This document shows, piece after piece, positions 35,037 through 47,818 of a stretch of DNA of 64,000 nucleotides. A program made the position numbers and the translations under genes. Source of the stretch: Cirrosporium novae-zelandiae (Eukaryota); assembly GCA_026023565.1 (NCBI GenBank), contig JAPETS010000006.1, positions 496,001 to 560,000 on the forward strand. The letters run 5' to 3'. Within the stretch, counting starts at the first letter, position 1. The number at the start of each line of letters is the position of its first letter. A model generated the notes under the pieces. The model had not been told where the DNA came from, did not search any database, and worked only from the letters and a program-made list of their open reading frames with translations.

Positions 35037-36609
35037 CTAGATCTTCTCAACAAACGCAATAAGGTCCTCAGCAAGATCTCGTGGTCGTTCCAGCGCAGCA
35101 AAATGTCCACCCTGTGGAGGTGTAATGTCAGCAAGATATAGTACAAGCAAACGAAGCGGGTTTAGACCTTTTCATGAAGGTTCCAGAACACTAGATTCCC
35201 GGTCGTTTCGACCCAGGCTCGGGGCGTCGGCACCAACTCCATTGGAAAGTAAGAGAATCCTAACGGCTTGCGGATGTACCATCTCGGGTCCATGGCAGGC
35301 ATCACCTTAGGAGGCGGAAAGCCCTGCAAAATGTGTTACTCAAAATGGATAATAGTTCTAGCAAAATGGTTTATACCTCGCGGTAATGGTAGATTGATCT
35401 GGGAAACGTCTCAGTAAGCCAGTACAGCGTCACAGATTCTAAAATGGTTTCTAGTGGCAGAGGTTCATCAACCCAATCGAGGAACTTTTCTCCGATCCTG
35501 GGAATAGAATTTCGTTAGTGGCGAGTCGAAGATGATGCAAGATCGCAATTACATACCAAGCCAGCAACGCGACTGGGTTGGTTGACAGAACATTGCCAAT
35601 AGTGCTAGGACGAGTGCCATGCTCCATGCGATAACCTCCTCCAGAAGAGGCGAACCATTTTGCCCGATCCAGGCCGCGTCTTTCGATCTCAGAGATTGAT
35701 GAATCTGATACATTAGGGGGCTTCACCATAAAGCAGGCATTCACTTTAGAGATTAGCTGCCCGTTGAGGATACTCAGAGGCTGAACTGTACGCACAATGT
35801 ACCGCTATCATCCAAATCCACGTTAGCATCCAAATATCTCAGGGAATCTATTCTTTGGAGGAACGTACCTTTGCAGGATTCATAATCGACTGCTAATATT
35901 CTAACAATTTTGGCACCAATATCACCACCTTGTGCCACATAGCCGGCTTCAAAGCCAAGATTGATCATGACCTGGTTGATAATCCGTGCAACATCCTCCG
36001 TCCCAAAATTCTTGTCCTGTGGAGGACCCGAAGAAAACGTGTAACCTGGAAGTGATGGTACTACGAAATGATAAGGCAAGGTGCTGGGGGTGTACTTTTC
36101 CTGAATCAATGATAAAAGAGGTAGAAACTCGAAAAAACTTCCTAATGCCCAGATATTAGTGAAGTTCGAAAGACAATGAGATGGTCTTGGAAACGCTTGC
36201 CTGGCCAGCCATGGACGAGCACAATAGGCACAGCATCCTCTCTCTGAGAGAAAAGTGCTACAAAATGGATCTTCAAGCCCTCAATATCGTAAGTAAATTG
36301 GGGGAAGCTGTTAATATGAGTTTCCATGGATCTCCTATCTTATAGCGTCAGCCATGTATTCTCAACTTAGACCAAGCGACAAGCATATCACCAGTTAAAA
36401 TTCTTCCACGCCTCTTTGGCAGTGGCAAGCCACTCAGTAGTGATTCCATATGTACGGTCCTGTTGCAGACCTTCATACGTTGGAGGCGCGATCTTCGAGA
36501 GCTTCACCAAGGTCTGCAACTCTTGGATCTGGTCATTGCTTACATTGACTTGGAAAGCAGCCGGGGAAATCTTTGCTCCTGGAGGGACTTTATTGAAAGC
36601 AAAAGCCAT
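35037..36609 (-). CDS. microsomal-type epoxide hydrolase (alpha/beta hydrolase with EHN N-terminal domain), multi-exon
   Basis: 'E..INSFPQF', oxyanion motif HGWPG, 'VVPSLPGY.FS', nucleophile GGDIG, 'Y..EHGTRPSTIG', 'VTLYWLT', 'YFPME', catalytic His 'GGHFAALE'. The exons are joined by GT-AG introns. Confidence 0.92.
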
Positions 36610-37145
36610 TTTTTGATATTGAGATGAAGTTATGAACGGTACTCTCAAACATATAGTATATTCGTTAATACGAGGTCACAGCACTTTGATTAGTCAACTC
36701 GATCCTTATGCATGTATGTACAAGTAGTATTGCGGAAGTGAACAGCCGATTTGCAGTGGATTACAAAAGGCCTGCTGCTAAACACCACCCAATCGACAAC
36801 GTTCAATATAATTCTAGCCTTCAACTAGGATTACCATCGTTGAATAATAATAAAATTCGATACCAAGATCGTGCTTGATTATTCATTAAGTGGCAGACCT
36901 TTTGCAATTCACTATCTCTAATCACGTCTTGCCCCAAGTATTACCCCTTCTTAGATGCCCAAATTTAATGCCCAATTCGATTTCAATAGTACAATGCCTA
37001 GCAGGATAGTAGCTTATATCCTAAAGCGTTGATGTCCTCTGAGTTGAGAGGTTAATGTCTTCGAATATAGTTGTGAGGTATAAAGTTGTAGAATTAAATT
37101 TATGAAAAATATGCTATTTATTCTATCAAGACCATCACCAATTAA

Positions 37146-38855
37146 TTATTTCCCTTCCTTGTTTCCATATTCAGGATTCCACATATCCTCAAATTGTCTG
37201 AAAGGAATCCATTGGTTGCCCCAATCTTCTAACTTCTTTTTCTCGATAGGCTTCTCCTGGTCCGTCCCTCCCTGGCCCTCCGTCAGCCATGCTCCTCTGC
37301 CAGGATAATTTCTCCCGAAGCCTTTCATAGTTTCGTCTTCCCCAGATCTGGGCATTCTTCGCATGGTTAGCTCGTCCTGGATATCCTCGGGAGCCTCCTT
37401 CTCGATATTACTAGGGTAATTCCGCAATCTTTGCGTTGTTGCATCCGTTATTACGGCCTGGACTCCTGGCCTCACTACTGGGTGCAGTCCCAGCATCTGC
37501 GTCACCAATTCTCGTAGGTAGGTTGAATATCTTTCCGGAAACTTGAAATCTGTTTGGTCTTTTGTAGGCGGGGCCCCTGTCATCATATGGTGGAGAATTG
37601 CTCCCAGTGACCAGATCTCACTCGGTTCTCCCCATCCATCCCTGCCGTACGCCTGTCTATGATCAGCTCGGGGTTTTAAGTCACAGAGTTGTACAGTAAC
37701 CTACTGGATCTGCATACGGATCCGACACGTCCTTGTATAAAACCTTTCCGGTCCCTTCGAATGCACATACCCTTGCTTTCTCAAAGTTGCCTAGTTTTAC
37801 TTTCGGGTATTGGTCGGGGTTGTCTGGAGAACAGAAAAATACTGGGGGGAGTTAGTTGTTTCAAGAGCCCCCAAAGATTTCAGAGACCTACTATCAACTG
37901 GACTGAGGACTCCATATAATATCGGATGCCAGTCCTCATCGACGGGAGCGACGACGTTGAAATCGGGTGGCTTGGTATAACCCTGGTGCAGCCAGAGGAG
38001 AGCATTTGAAATGCCTTCTAGCACATGCCAGCAAAAATCTTCGGGTATCTCACTGTAGTTTGATATCAGCTATATGGTTCCCTGGTCCCAAGACGTGCTT
38101 CGTTCGGATCTACCCACATTTGGTCTTCTCCTTCCCTATTCCACAGTAGGCGGTTTAGATTCCCCTGATCAGCATATTCCCAGACCGTATAGTTCAATGC
38201 ATTGGCATCAACATCTGCATCTAATACAATGTCCACGAGGCTGAGAATGTTTGGATGATTGAGGACACCGAGAAGGGTATCATAAACCTCTTCCAAAACC
38301 CCGTTACGGTCAACGAATTCATGAGCTAGAAGTATCTTGCCCACTAAATGTCAGCATAGTACTCTTCTCTTTTTATGATTCTATTCATCATACCTTTCCA
38401 TCTCTTCTTCGTCTCGTCATCCAAATCTTAGGGTTCGACCCTCTGAAGCTTTCCAATACATACCCTTCAAGCTCACGCGTTTCCCAATTCTTGGCATCCT
38501 TGGCCACCTCCTCTATTACCTTTTCAATGTTCTCCCTCTCCTTCGCCACTTCCTGCTTCTCTTTGACAATATCATCGAATTCTTCCCCCATCATCATCCT
38601 CTGTGCAATTCGTAGGTGATATGCCATCTGAATATCTAACACCTCTTCTTCACTTAGCGGTTCTCCATCATGACCTTCAAGCCTTTCATGTCCCTGCCTT
38701 TCAGTTCCATATTTCAAATCCCTCGGCTTGGAATCATCAGGGGCATGGCCGACATTCTCGACCAAAGGTACCAGCTCCCTGAAATGTTCATACTTGCTCA
38801 CGGGGGATCGATTGGCGTTTTTCCAGCGAAGCTTTGCTCCTCGCGGAATGTTCAT
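37146..38855 (-). CDS. protein-kinase-fold protein, predicted pseudokinase (5 exons)
   Basis: Exons 38855-38394, 38335-38118, 38052-37892, 37841-37705 and 37652-37146 splice in frame. Kinase scaffold motifs 'LNHPNILSLVD', 'VWEYADQGNL', 'IPEDFCWHVL', 'VKLGNFE', 'EIWSLGAIL..MMTG', 'YS..LRELV..ML...P..RP'. Confidence 0.8.
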
Positions 38856-39191
38856 GATGAATCAAGTTTTTTGGCGACAAATATAAAGCTACCTTCCAAT
38901 CTAAATATACAGTTGTATCAAAAAGGGAAGTTAGATGAAAGAGAGAAGAGCAAAAAAAAACCACATTGTTGGTCCACTACAATTACAGCTTTGGTTTAAT
39001 AACAAAGGAAGCAAAAAACGGATATCCTCTCACATCGCATCCCATCGCTGAAGCCGGTCAACTAAAGCCCAACATTCCTCACATGTTCAAACAAAGGGCA
39101 TTTTTGCATCCACATTCCAATGACAATCGTGTAACCACCCCTTCCCCCATTGTTCTTCAAGACTCCTCCCTCCAAACCAACCAACCAACAA

Positions 39192-39650
39192 TCACCCCTC
39201 ACTCTCCCTTCTCCTCCCCGGATGCAATAATCCCACAGCCTTTTCCACAAGAGAACTTCTCCGTCTCTGCTGTTGCTGCTGTTCAACAACCCCCGTAGCC
39301 ACATCCGCATCCTGTTGTTGCTCGGTTTTCGAAGACATTGATTCCGAGGCGCGACGTTTGATATCATTGATATGCTCAATATATTGTCCATCATACCAAT
39401 TCATTTCGGTAATTTTTTCTTTTGAACAGATAGAGCGTGCGTTAGTGATTATTATTTATTGTTATTATTATATATAATAATAATAAAAAGGAGGATGGAT
39501 GTGGATGAAATATATAAATTTACTAAAATTTCCCGCACCACCAATCCCGCAGCTAACTTTGTGTTCATGTTCATGAAATATTGTTCCACCACCCCTCACC
39601 TTGGAAGACGAGGACGAGGAACAGCCTTCAGTGGTATCCGAACGACCCAT
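39192..39650 (-). CDS. small hydrophilic protein with GIGGAGN motif (DUF3602-like)
   Basis: Exon 39650-39524 (MGRSD..VSCGIGGAGNF), intron 39523-39419 (GTAAAT..CTAAC..AAG), exon 39418-39192 in frame (KKITEMNWYDGQ..RRAS..RRSS..RRES). Confidence 0.65.
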
Positions 39651-39873
39651 AATCACTTCTTCTTCCAACCAAAAAACTCTTTTCTTGTGGGTTGGATAGC
39701 TAAGGAGAGAACTTGGAAATAATTAATATGGCCCCCTCCCTTTTTCACTAGAATTCAAGATGGATCGATATGTAATTGAGATTAATAATACTAATAATGA
39801 TACCAAAAATCTTTTTTAGAATCCAGTTAATCAATTAATCTTCTTGGCAGCGTGATATTTTGTAAATTTGGAT

Positions 39874-39875
<2 letters not shown>

Positions 39876-39908
<33 letters not shown>

Positions 39909-41246
39909 AAACAATACCGTCAGCCAAGCAAAATATATACCTACACTACACTTACCTACTTACACTACTAACACATGCATCCCATCCCATCCCATCCCAT
40001 CCCATCCCATCCCTTCCTTCCTCTCATCCCATCCTTCCATCGCCACCAAGCACGAAAAACAAAAACCAAAGATAACGCTCTCCAAAGACATTGGTTCCCT
40101 CTCCCGTCTCCTCGCTCCCCCACCTCCCTTTTAACCTTCCATGCCTACTTTACATACTTGGTACATGTACATGTATATGCACGCAGGTTCGCTAGGAATC
40201 TTTTACTTATGTAGCTAATTGATTGATTGATTAATTAATCGTATGCTCGAGTATATTGTCTAGTGACACAATTGAGTGAGTGAGTGAGTTGAGTGAGTGA
40301 GTGATTGAGTACCGACGCAGAAGGATAGAGGGGATACGCAATCGTGGATAGCTAGCTAATAATGTAGGACAAAATGACGTACATGTACAGTACAGTACGT
40401 ACCCATAGCATACATACCATATAATCAATACACAAATCGGTAAATCTACTCTGTTGTAGAGTCGAAAGGGGAGGGGGGCCGCAACCGGCCGATCTAATTA
40501 CCAAGCTTTCCTGTGTCAAGGCTTGTGTCAAGGCTTGTGTCAATGAAGCATTTTAGGGGATTTGCGGGGGTGATGTGATTGTGGAGGATGGGGGTACTCG
40601 AGTACGAGATAAGGATAAAGAAAGAGGGAGGGGGTTTGGGGGTTTGGTTGGTTGGTCTTGGTAGAGTAAGCAGGCTGAGCACTTTGGTTGGTACGGTACA
40701 TACCTATCTAGGTATTTCGGCTCCTCTTTGGGTGGATGGGTAGGTAAGAAGGCTTTTGGGGCTTGCAGATAAGTGTTGCTATTGTTGCTATTGTTGCTAT
40801 TGTTGCTATTGTTGTAGTAGTGGTGGCTGTCTGTCCGTCGAACACCGAGTGCTTGTTTTCAGACTTCCTTCACCAAAACTCCAAGTCTACAGTACAGTAC
40901 CTACTCTACTCTCCTTTATTATCTATTATTCACCGTTTCAAAATATGTAGACTATGTTCTAAATCTACTCAATCTTGTATGCTTGTATGTTCTACGGCTC
41001 TTCAAAGAGCTGTTTCTATAAATTCTATCGTTTCATAGAAGGGGGTATTTGTATTCCTGACCGGGCCAGCCGTCCATCCATCCATCTATCCATATTGTAG
41101 GGGGGGGGAATGTTCGTTCGTTCGTTAATTGATTGATCGATCAATTGGTGGATACTCAGTGGTCCAGCCAGAACCCCATCCTATCTCATCCGTCTCTTTC
41201 TTTCATTACACTCGTCACTCATCATTCATTCAATTCAATTCAATTA
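39876..41246. repeat. microsatellite-dense intergenic tract
   Basis: (GA)n 39876-39905, (CCCAT)n ~39978-40012, (GAGT)n ~40274-40310, (TGTGTCAAGGCT)~x3 ~40512-40543, (TGTTGCTAT)x4 40774-40809, plus (CCAT)n and (CAATT)n. Confidence 0.85.
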
Positions 41247-42151
41247 AATCTTTGCTGTTCCATTCATGACCGGTACCGCCTGCTCATGCCTCTCCTCTTC
41301 CTCATCTCTCGTGAGCTTTAGTTCTATTTTCTCCATATCTGTGAGTTCGGGGTTATTGCCAGTTCGACGTTGAATTGATTCTTGGGTTTCGGCGAAGTGG
41401 GGGTTTTCTTCTGCGTCTGCCGTGGATGCGAAATTATAACTTCGGAATTCGGTGTTGGACCAGCCGGTGCCTATATTTTTTTTGGTATGTGTGAGAGATC
41501 AGGATACTGGGTCTGAAATGTGTATGAGGTTTAAGGATCCACACCCTGGGCCTTGGATAAATAAGTGTTAGGGAAGAAAACATTGTACGAACCTTCGAAT
41601 TGTCCAAACCCATTCCAATCCTCCGTCAGATAATGTAAGAAACCACCATGTGTCACCATAACAACATCCGTGTCTTCATCTAAACCACTAGTCTTCGCCT
41701 GTAACCACTTCCTTACCCACTTCGCCCGCTCCTCCAACGCCTCCTTCGTAGGCGCCCACTTTCCCTTCTTGCTATTCCACCCCGGCTCCACCAACTCCAA
41801 GTCCACTGGCTTGTCCTTGAACTCCTTCAACAACACCTCGGGATCACTTCCGGTATCACAAGGAAGATCCGAAGTTTCTTGCGCTTCTGGAAGAGTGAGA
41901 ATACGCATTCCACGTTTTATTTCTGGGGAGAACCCGAGAAGAGCTGTGTATATAGTACGGCGGATCGGAGAAGCGACGAGAAGGGATATACGAGAGTGAT
42001 AGGGGAACTCGGACATGAGAGTCAGGCATTGGGATTCGCCTTCGGGTGTGAGGTCGGGGTCGGGGAGACTGAAAGGGTCATCATCGCGGACGCCGGCTTC
42101 GAGATTATGCCATCCTTGTGCATGGCGAACGAGATGGATTGTAGGTCCCAT
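41244..42151 (-). CDS. histidine phosphatase / phosphoglycerate mutase-like protein
   Basis: 'IHLVRHAQGWHN', 'DPDLTPEG..Q', 'SP.RRT..T', 'PCDTGS', 'VTHGGFL'. Intron 41592-41471, then a last exon 'GTGWSNTEFRSY' to TAA at 41244. Confidence 0.9.
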
Positions 42152-42556
42152 CCTATAGCGGGTGTAAAGATTGTACGAGAGTCAGACGTCTAGATGGATA
42201 GTTTTATATATAAAGAAAGATCAAAGTAGATATGAATGATCCCAGATAAGAACGAGAGAGTTCCTGGAGGTGGAATTTCCGTATACAAGGTAGATATATG
42301 GCGTTGAAGGAAAGATCTGTAGACGAGTCATTGTGGAGACTTGCCAGCGAGAGTCAAGCAACATGGATGAAACAAGATCAGGTTAAACTGCCCCACCACA
42401 TCTTGGAGCCCACGAGCCCCACGATGACAATCCCCAAAATACCTAGGTACCTAGATAATCATTGAAGTTGCAATGTGTATTGTTGTAATTATTAGCCCCT
42501 TGGCTTCATCCAGTATTCCGTTTGAAATTTTCTTAGAATGTAGTCGCTTTAACTAC

Positions 42557-42604
42557 CATTTACACATTTACACATTTACACATTTACACATTTACACATT
42601 TACA
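42557..42604. repeat. (CATTTACA)x6 perfect tandem repeat
   Basis: Six exact 8-nt units. Confidence 0.9.
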
Positions 42605-42964
42605 GTACTTGAGCCAACAGGATATTCGCTTGGCTAAATACTACATGGAATTTACCTTATAAATCCAAGCTATGAAATCCATAGTCAATTCTAATAATCC
42701 ATGATATAGTTAGGTATAATTTCCTTTCCCCAAGTATAGGGGAAAAAAAGAGCAAGATATTCCGTCAATTGGGTATCACAGCGCACACCAAAACGCCTCT
42801 GGACCATCACCAATTCCCTATTTTACAGTAACAACGCCCCCATTCCGATATCCCTCAAAGACCCCAGTGACTTCCTTTTCGCCCATCTGTATATCCTCCT
42901 CTCTCTCAGAAGGCCTATTATACAACCAGAAACCTTACCCATATGTATCAGATATATTTTAGAA

Positions 42965-45900
42965 TTAAAGCACCCCGAAGCCTTTTGAATTTTCTAAAGC
43001 AATTTGTAGCTTCGCCTTCAGGATCTCTTTGCTTGAATATTCCGGAAGGAGAAGCCGTCCAAAGCACGTGGAACTAGTGGGCAATCGCTAGACTAATCAG
43101 CAAAGGCCACAATATCACGGATCACCATCTTACCTCATTATCAGTGCCACTTCTTTGTATTGTGAATTGAATACTACGGATTCCATTGACAGGCACTCGG
43201 TCACTCGATGTTACGAATTCCAACAGCTTTTTCTTGTCATCTATCGAAAAGTTCCTGACAACTTCCCAGAAGTCTTTGATAACACGATCATCCTTGGAAT
43301 AACCATCTTCATAGGTAGTCGTTTGCTCCAGGCCCTGAACATCAATTTCTTGGATCCCCTGGACAACGCTCTGAAGTGCTTCCGGGTTGAAAATGGATAG
43401 CGCTTTTCGATCCAGACACATGTAGAAACCCCTTGCGAATGCTTCATACTGGGGTCGGATGGATTTGTCTGTCAGCCAGAATATATAATCATGAACATAT
43501 CGTACACGATTCTGGTTGGTTACAAGGCTGGCCTCCTCTGTAGGAGAGGCCTCTGAAGCTTTAAGGCCTGTCCCCAAATATTCTCTGACACTTCCATTCG
43601 AAACAAGGCTGCTTCGCCTCTGTGGTCGAAAGTGGAAAGCATTGTCGGAGGGGCTATCGTTGCTTGGACTTTTGGATAGTGCGCTTCGTAGAGGTGCCTT
43701 TCCTTGAGTACTATCATCACTTGTCCTATTAGAGGGTGGCCTTGGATTAGAATCTGATGATTCGACGGTTCCAAAGGATGCAGTTTTAGCCTTGCCCTTT
43801 CCTTTATGGTCTTTCTGGATGGGCCACTCATCATATCTACCAACTCTATTCATATCAACGGTCATTGTTGACCCTGGGATTTCAAAGCTAAATTCGTATG
43901 TCCTCATGAAGACATCACCAACATCGCCATCATCCCACCGCAGCAATTCTCTTAGGCCTCGGGACAAATCGGGCCAGCCATCTTGGATGTGCGATATTTC
44001 AGAGGCCTGTTTGCCCAATAGCTTACGATACAAAGCTTGAGGAAATGTGATCGGCAAAGTGAGCCCATTGTAGACAGCAAGCGATACAAGGAGGCCCAGA
44101 AGTTCGAATTTATAGAGGGGTTCGAGTGAACACGGCTGGAACCAAGACATTCTCGTTGTAGAATCCGTTGTAAAGAGTCCGTAGTCTGGATTTAGAGCTT
44201 GAGCAATAGCAATGCGAAAGAATTCCTGTTGAACACCACCAACATCAACACCTTCTTCCCCCTCTTTTCTACCAAGATAGACCTTCAACGGTCGCATGAG
44301 CTCCCGTTTTTCCCGTCTCCATAGTTGATTCAAAGTGTCAGTCAAGACATTTTTTCGGCCAACATCAAGAACCAAATAATTATTGCTAGGAACTCTTAAC
44401 CGATCAGCAAACCTACGCTCGCTCCATAGATTGCTGATATCCATAAAGGAAACCTGTGACACATGACGTTGAAAGGCAAATGAGGTTTCGAACGCTTTGA
44501 GCATTGACGTGTAATTGACAGCACGAAAGTAGTTGACCAACGCGTAAGGCATAAAGAGGAATGGGTACGACAAAAGATGAGTGGTTCTGCTGTCAGGATG
44601 CTCTGCCAGCCATTCAATTGGTGTATCAACTAGCTCTAACCGCTCAGAGAGAATTGGCGTCTGGAACGTCTCGACAGGAAGACCAAGCGCTTGGTGGTTT
44701 TCATCTGCGTCGTTGTTAGACAAATCACTCTAGAGAAATAAAAATGGAGAACCAACATAGATGAGACATCACCTCCACAGCTCCACCTGCCACGCTTGAT
44801 TTAGTAATGTCTGCCTTGCCATCCCAGTTTTTCAGCAAAAGTGTCCGCAGCATTTCCACCAATATGTTAGCAACGTGCTTTGGAGTTGCTTCTGACAATA
44901 GATTCAGCATCTTTTTGGTGTGGGATGAAAAATATATCGAGAAAGCATCCTCATTCGGCTGGTTAATCTGCGTATCTGTCTTCAAGTACGACAGAACCTG
45001 GGTCATAAAATCAGCCCGAGGCTCTGGCAAAAACTCAGGGGAAGCCTCATTTTTAGCCAGCTCAGCGAACCGTAAACGAGCGACTATAGCTCTCGTAAGG
45101 CGGGTCATCAACCTAAGGATCATTTCATCTTCCATAATATCTGTAGCCTCGATGTACTCTTTGGTAACCCATTCTTTCTTTCTAGGAATAACGGTACCAA
45201 AGGCTCGAGTCTGAGAAATGTGCACCTTGTTATATTCATACGGGAATGCAGCTGCCACAGCACAGAAAGCGATGACAATGATGCGTGCTGCATGTTGATC
45301 CGAAATGTATGGTCGCGAGGATGCATCATCAATGGATGGTTTGCATGTTGATGTCGTCTGCATATTCGCTTTGTGAATTCGCGCAATTTTACTTTTCTGT
45401 GTTTTTGAGAAAGAAAGCTCTGGGGGTGGTACAAATAGAGCTTCGAGGCCACGCCAGAGGCTATTGAACATGATTGATGAGGGATCAATTCGTAGGAGGA
45501 AATTTAATGATTGGAAAGTCCCAAACAAATTGACATAACCAAGGGGCCCATTAGGCTTATCATCTATCCCCACCTTTCCATCCTTGCCAAAGGAAGAAAT
45601 TAGCGCGTCTGGAGTACTTAGGATATAAAACATGCTTTCATAGGCAAATTTAACGACGTTACGATACTTTTGATTCGCAGGAGACATGTACATATCATCA
45701 TGCTTAGTTTGGCGTTTAGTACTGCTCACAAACTTATATAGCGCAATGGCTATGTCAGGGGACAGATGTGACAAGCTCCGTGCAATTAACTGTCCACTCT
45801 CGGTATGTGGTTTGCGTAACATGGAATTTGGCTGCTGCTTTTCAGACTTCGTATCCTCGGTTTTCTGCTTTTCAACATGGGTATCAGCGGGAGTCAGGTT

Positions 45901-47128
45901 CTCTGATATTGTTTGTTGACCCTCAGAACGGTATGAATGATTTGATGGTGAGTTGTGATTAATATAGGAGCTATTCTGTAGCGTCAAGTTGCTCTGAAGA
46001 GATTTTACCGGCTTTTGATGATGAGGTCTATTGCCAATACTAGGATCGATCGGCGGTTTGTGTATTGGCTGATCGAGTGAAGAGTTCTCCTCACTCGATG
46101 ATATCGGGATTGCAAAGCGACGTCCTTTTCGGAGTCCGTTCGTTTTCACTGCCTTTGTACTTTCCAGTTTTCCACTGGCGGCTGCGAGTCCTCCGAGTGA
46201 AGGTGGTCTAGATTCTACGCGGGGTGTAGTCTTGGTTGTCTTCACTTGGCTGTTACTGTCAGGATCTTTGATAGATGCTGGTAAAATGATGGACTTCGCT
46301 TGACGACCTTTCAAACTTGATTTTCGCTTTTCCCGCCAGCTTTCCACGGTCTTAAGTGCGGCTGTGTCGAAGAGAGTCTGAGTAAAAGATTTCCAATCCT
46401 TCTCCTTTTGTGTCATGGCGGGTTCATCTGCAACCTTAGGGGTCTTCACGGAGTTATGGATATCCCCATTAACAGCAGACTCCTCTCTGGTATCTTTTTT
46501 TATGTTGGCATTTGAGACATCCCCGTTTCCGTGCTTGTCTTGAGGTAAAACTTGTGCTAGCGAATTCATATCGCTAGAGAACTTGTCATGTTGTGGTGTA
46601 CTTGGTTTTGAGGGGTTGGTTGGATCGCTATATCTCAGGCTAGGACTCTCTAGATCGATTTCCGGCATCGATTCCACTGGAACCAGTGGTCTATTTGGAC
46701 AGAGTCCTTTCTCGGGATCATCCTGACTGACGAGATAGAATGCAAGGGTTCGAGCGCTGATGAGGGTATAACGGCGAAGCGGAGCTTGAGAAACTCTTCT
46801 TTTGTAGCTGAGACAAGTAGGAGCTCTGCAGGAGGGGTTCTGGCAACCATAGAGCATTTGATTCATGTATCTAAATAATAAATAGGGTATCAGTTAATAT
46901 ACATAATAATTTGTAGTGGCAGCAGGATACTCTTGCTAACCTCTTCACCAGATAAATAATGTTCCCCCTTCTTCGAAGTCCATCGATGGTAAATATCTTG
47001 CTGCGATCGTGAATCCATATGCTGTTCTTTTTCAAGATCTCTGGTGCTTCTTCAGGCAGCTCGAATAGCTTTACGAGGGGATAACCTTGAGGGTCTTGCG
47101 GACCGAACCCTGGTCCCTTAGACTTCAT
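42965..47128 (-). CDS. HUL4: HECT E3 ubiquitin ligase with N-terminal AZUL-like zinc finger (Hul4/E6AP-like)
   Basis: Exons 47128-46941, 46870-44757, 44704-43134 and 43087-42965. '[20 protein letters not shown]' (AZUL-like), HECT '[15 protein letters not shown]', '[12 protein letters not shown]', catalytic 'RLPTSSTCF'. Confidence 0.88.
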
Positions 47129-47818
47129 GGCTACGGGTCGGAGAATGAGTAGTCGGTCGGGTACGCGCGTGATAAAAGAAGTGGAAACTAGCTTTGGCTT
47201 ATGTATTTGACATGTTTGGAGAGGTGGTTGTTGGGGGGGTGTTGGACAACCTGAGAGGGGCTCCTGACGAAGTTGGGAGTTGACGACTCTAACGACTCCA
47301 ACCAACAACCAACGAGGGACAGCTTCTGGAACATCAAGAATATTACAAACGGTATTAAGTCAGTATATAATACGTATTGATATTACCTTATTAATAGTTC
47401 AGCCCTACAAAGACAAGCGACAAGAACCCAAGGAACCCCAGTGAACCGCGTCATTGTCACCCACTCAACCACCCACTAACGTTAAATCATTAATTACCTA
47501 GGTAATCTACTTTGGGTCTTCACACAAACCCCCAATGTGAAAGATTTGACTAATTGAGGTATTATCTTGCTGCTTCATAATCCTGAATTTAGCATACTTC
47601 TACGCCACCTTCGGTATTATAGTCACCTTCTGTTGATTACGCCTTCCCTTCACCGAAAAATAATCTATTAAATTTTTTGGCTTACATTGAAAACCATCAT
47701 CCCGAAAATCGAGAGCCCGAGACATTCCAACCAAGGCCTTTTGGCCCCACCAAAGCCCAACCAAACTCCCCAATAAATATCTCATTTACTACTCTCTTTC
47801 TTTTGCTTCTTCATCATC

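Noticed and set aside
17872..36609. Possible secondary-metabolite cluster (TF, RTA1, epoxide hydrolase)
   Set aside because: No PKS, NRPS or terpene backbone gene, and the genes are separated by housekeeping loci.
42557..42604. Tandem repeats (also 40512-40543, 40774-40809) as a CRISPR or telomeric array
   Set aside because: No spacers, eukaryotic context, and the units do not match TTAGGG; these are simple microsatellites.
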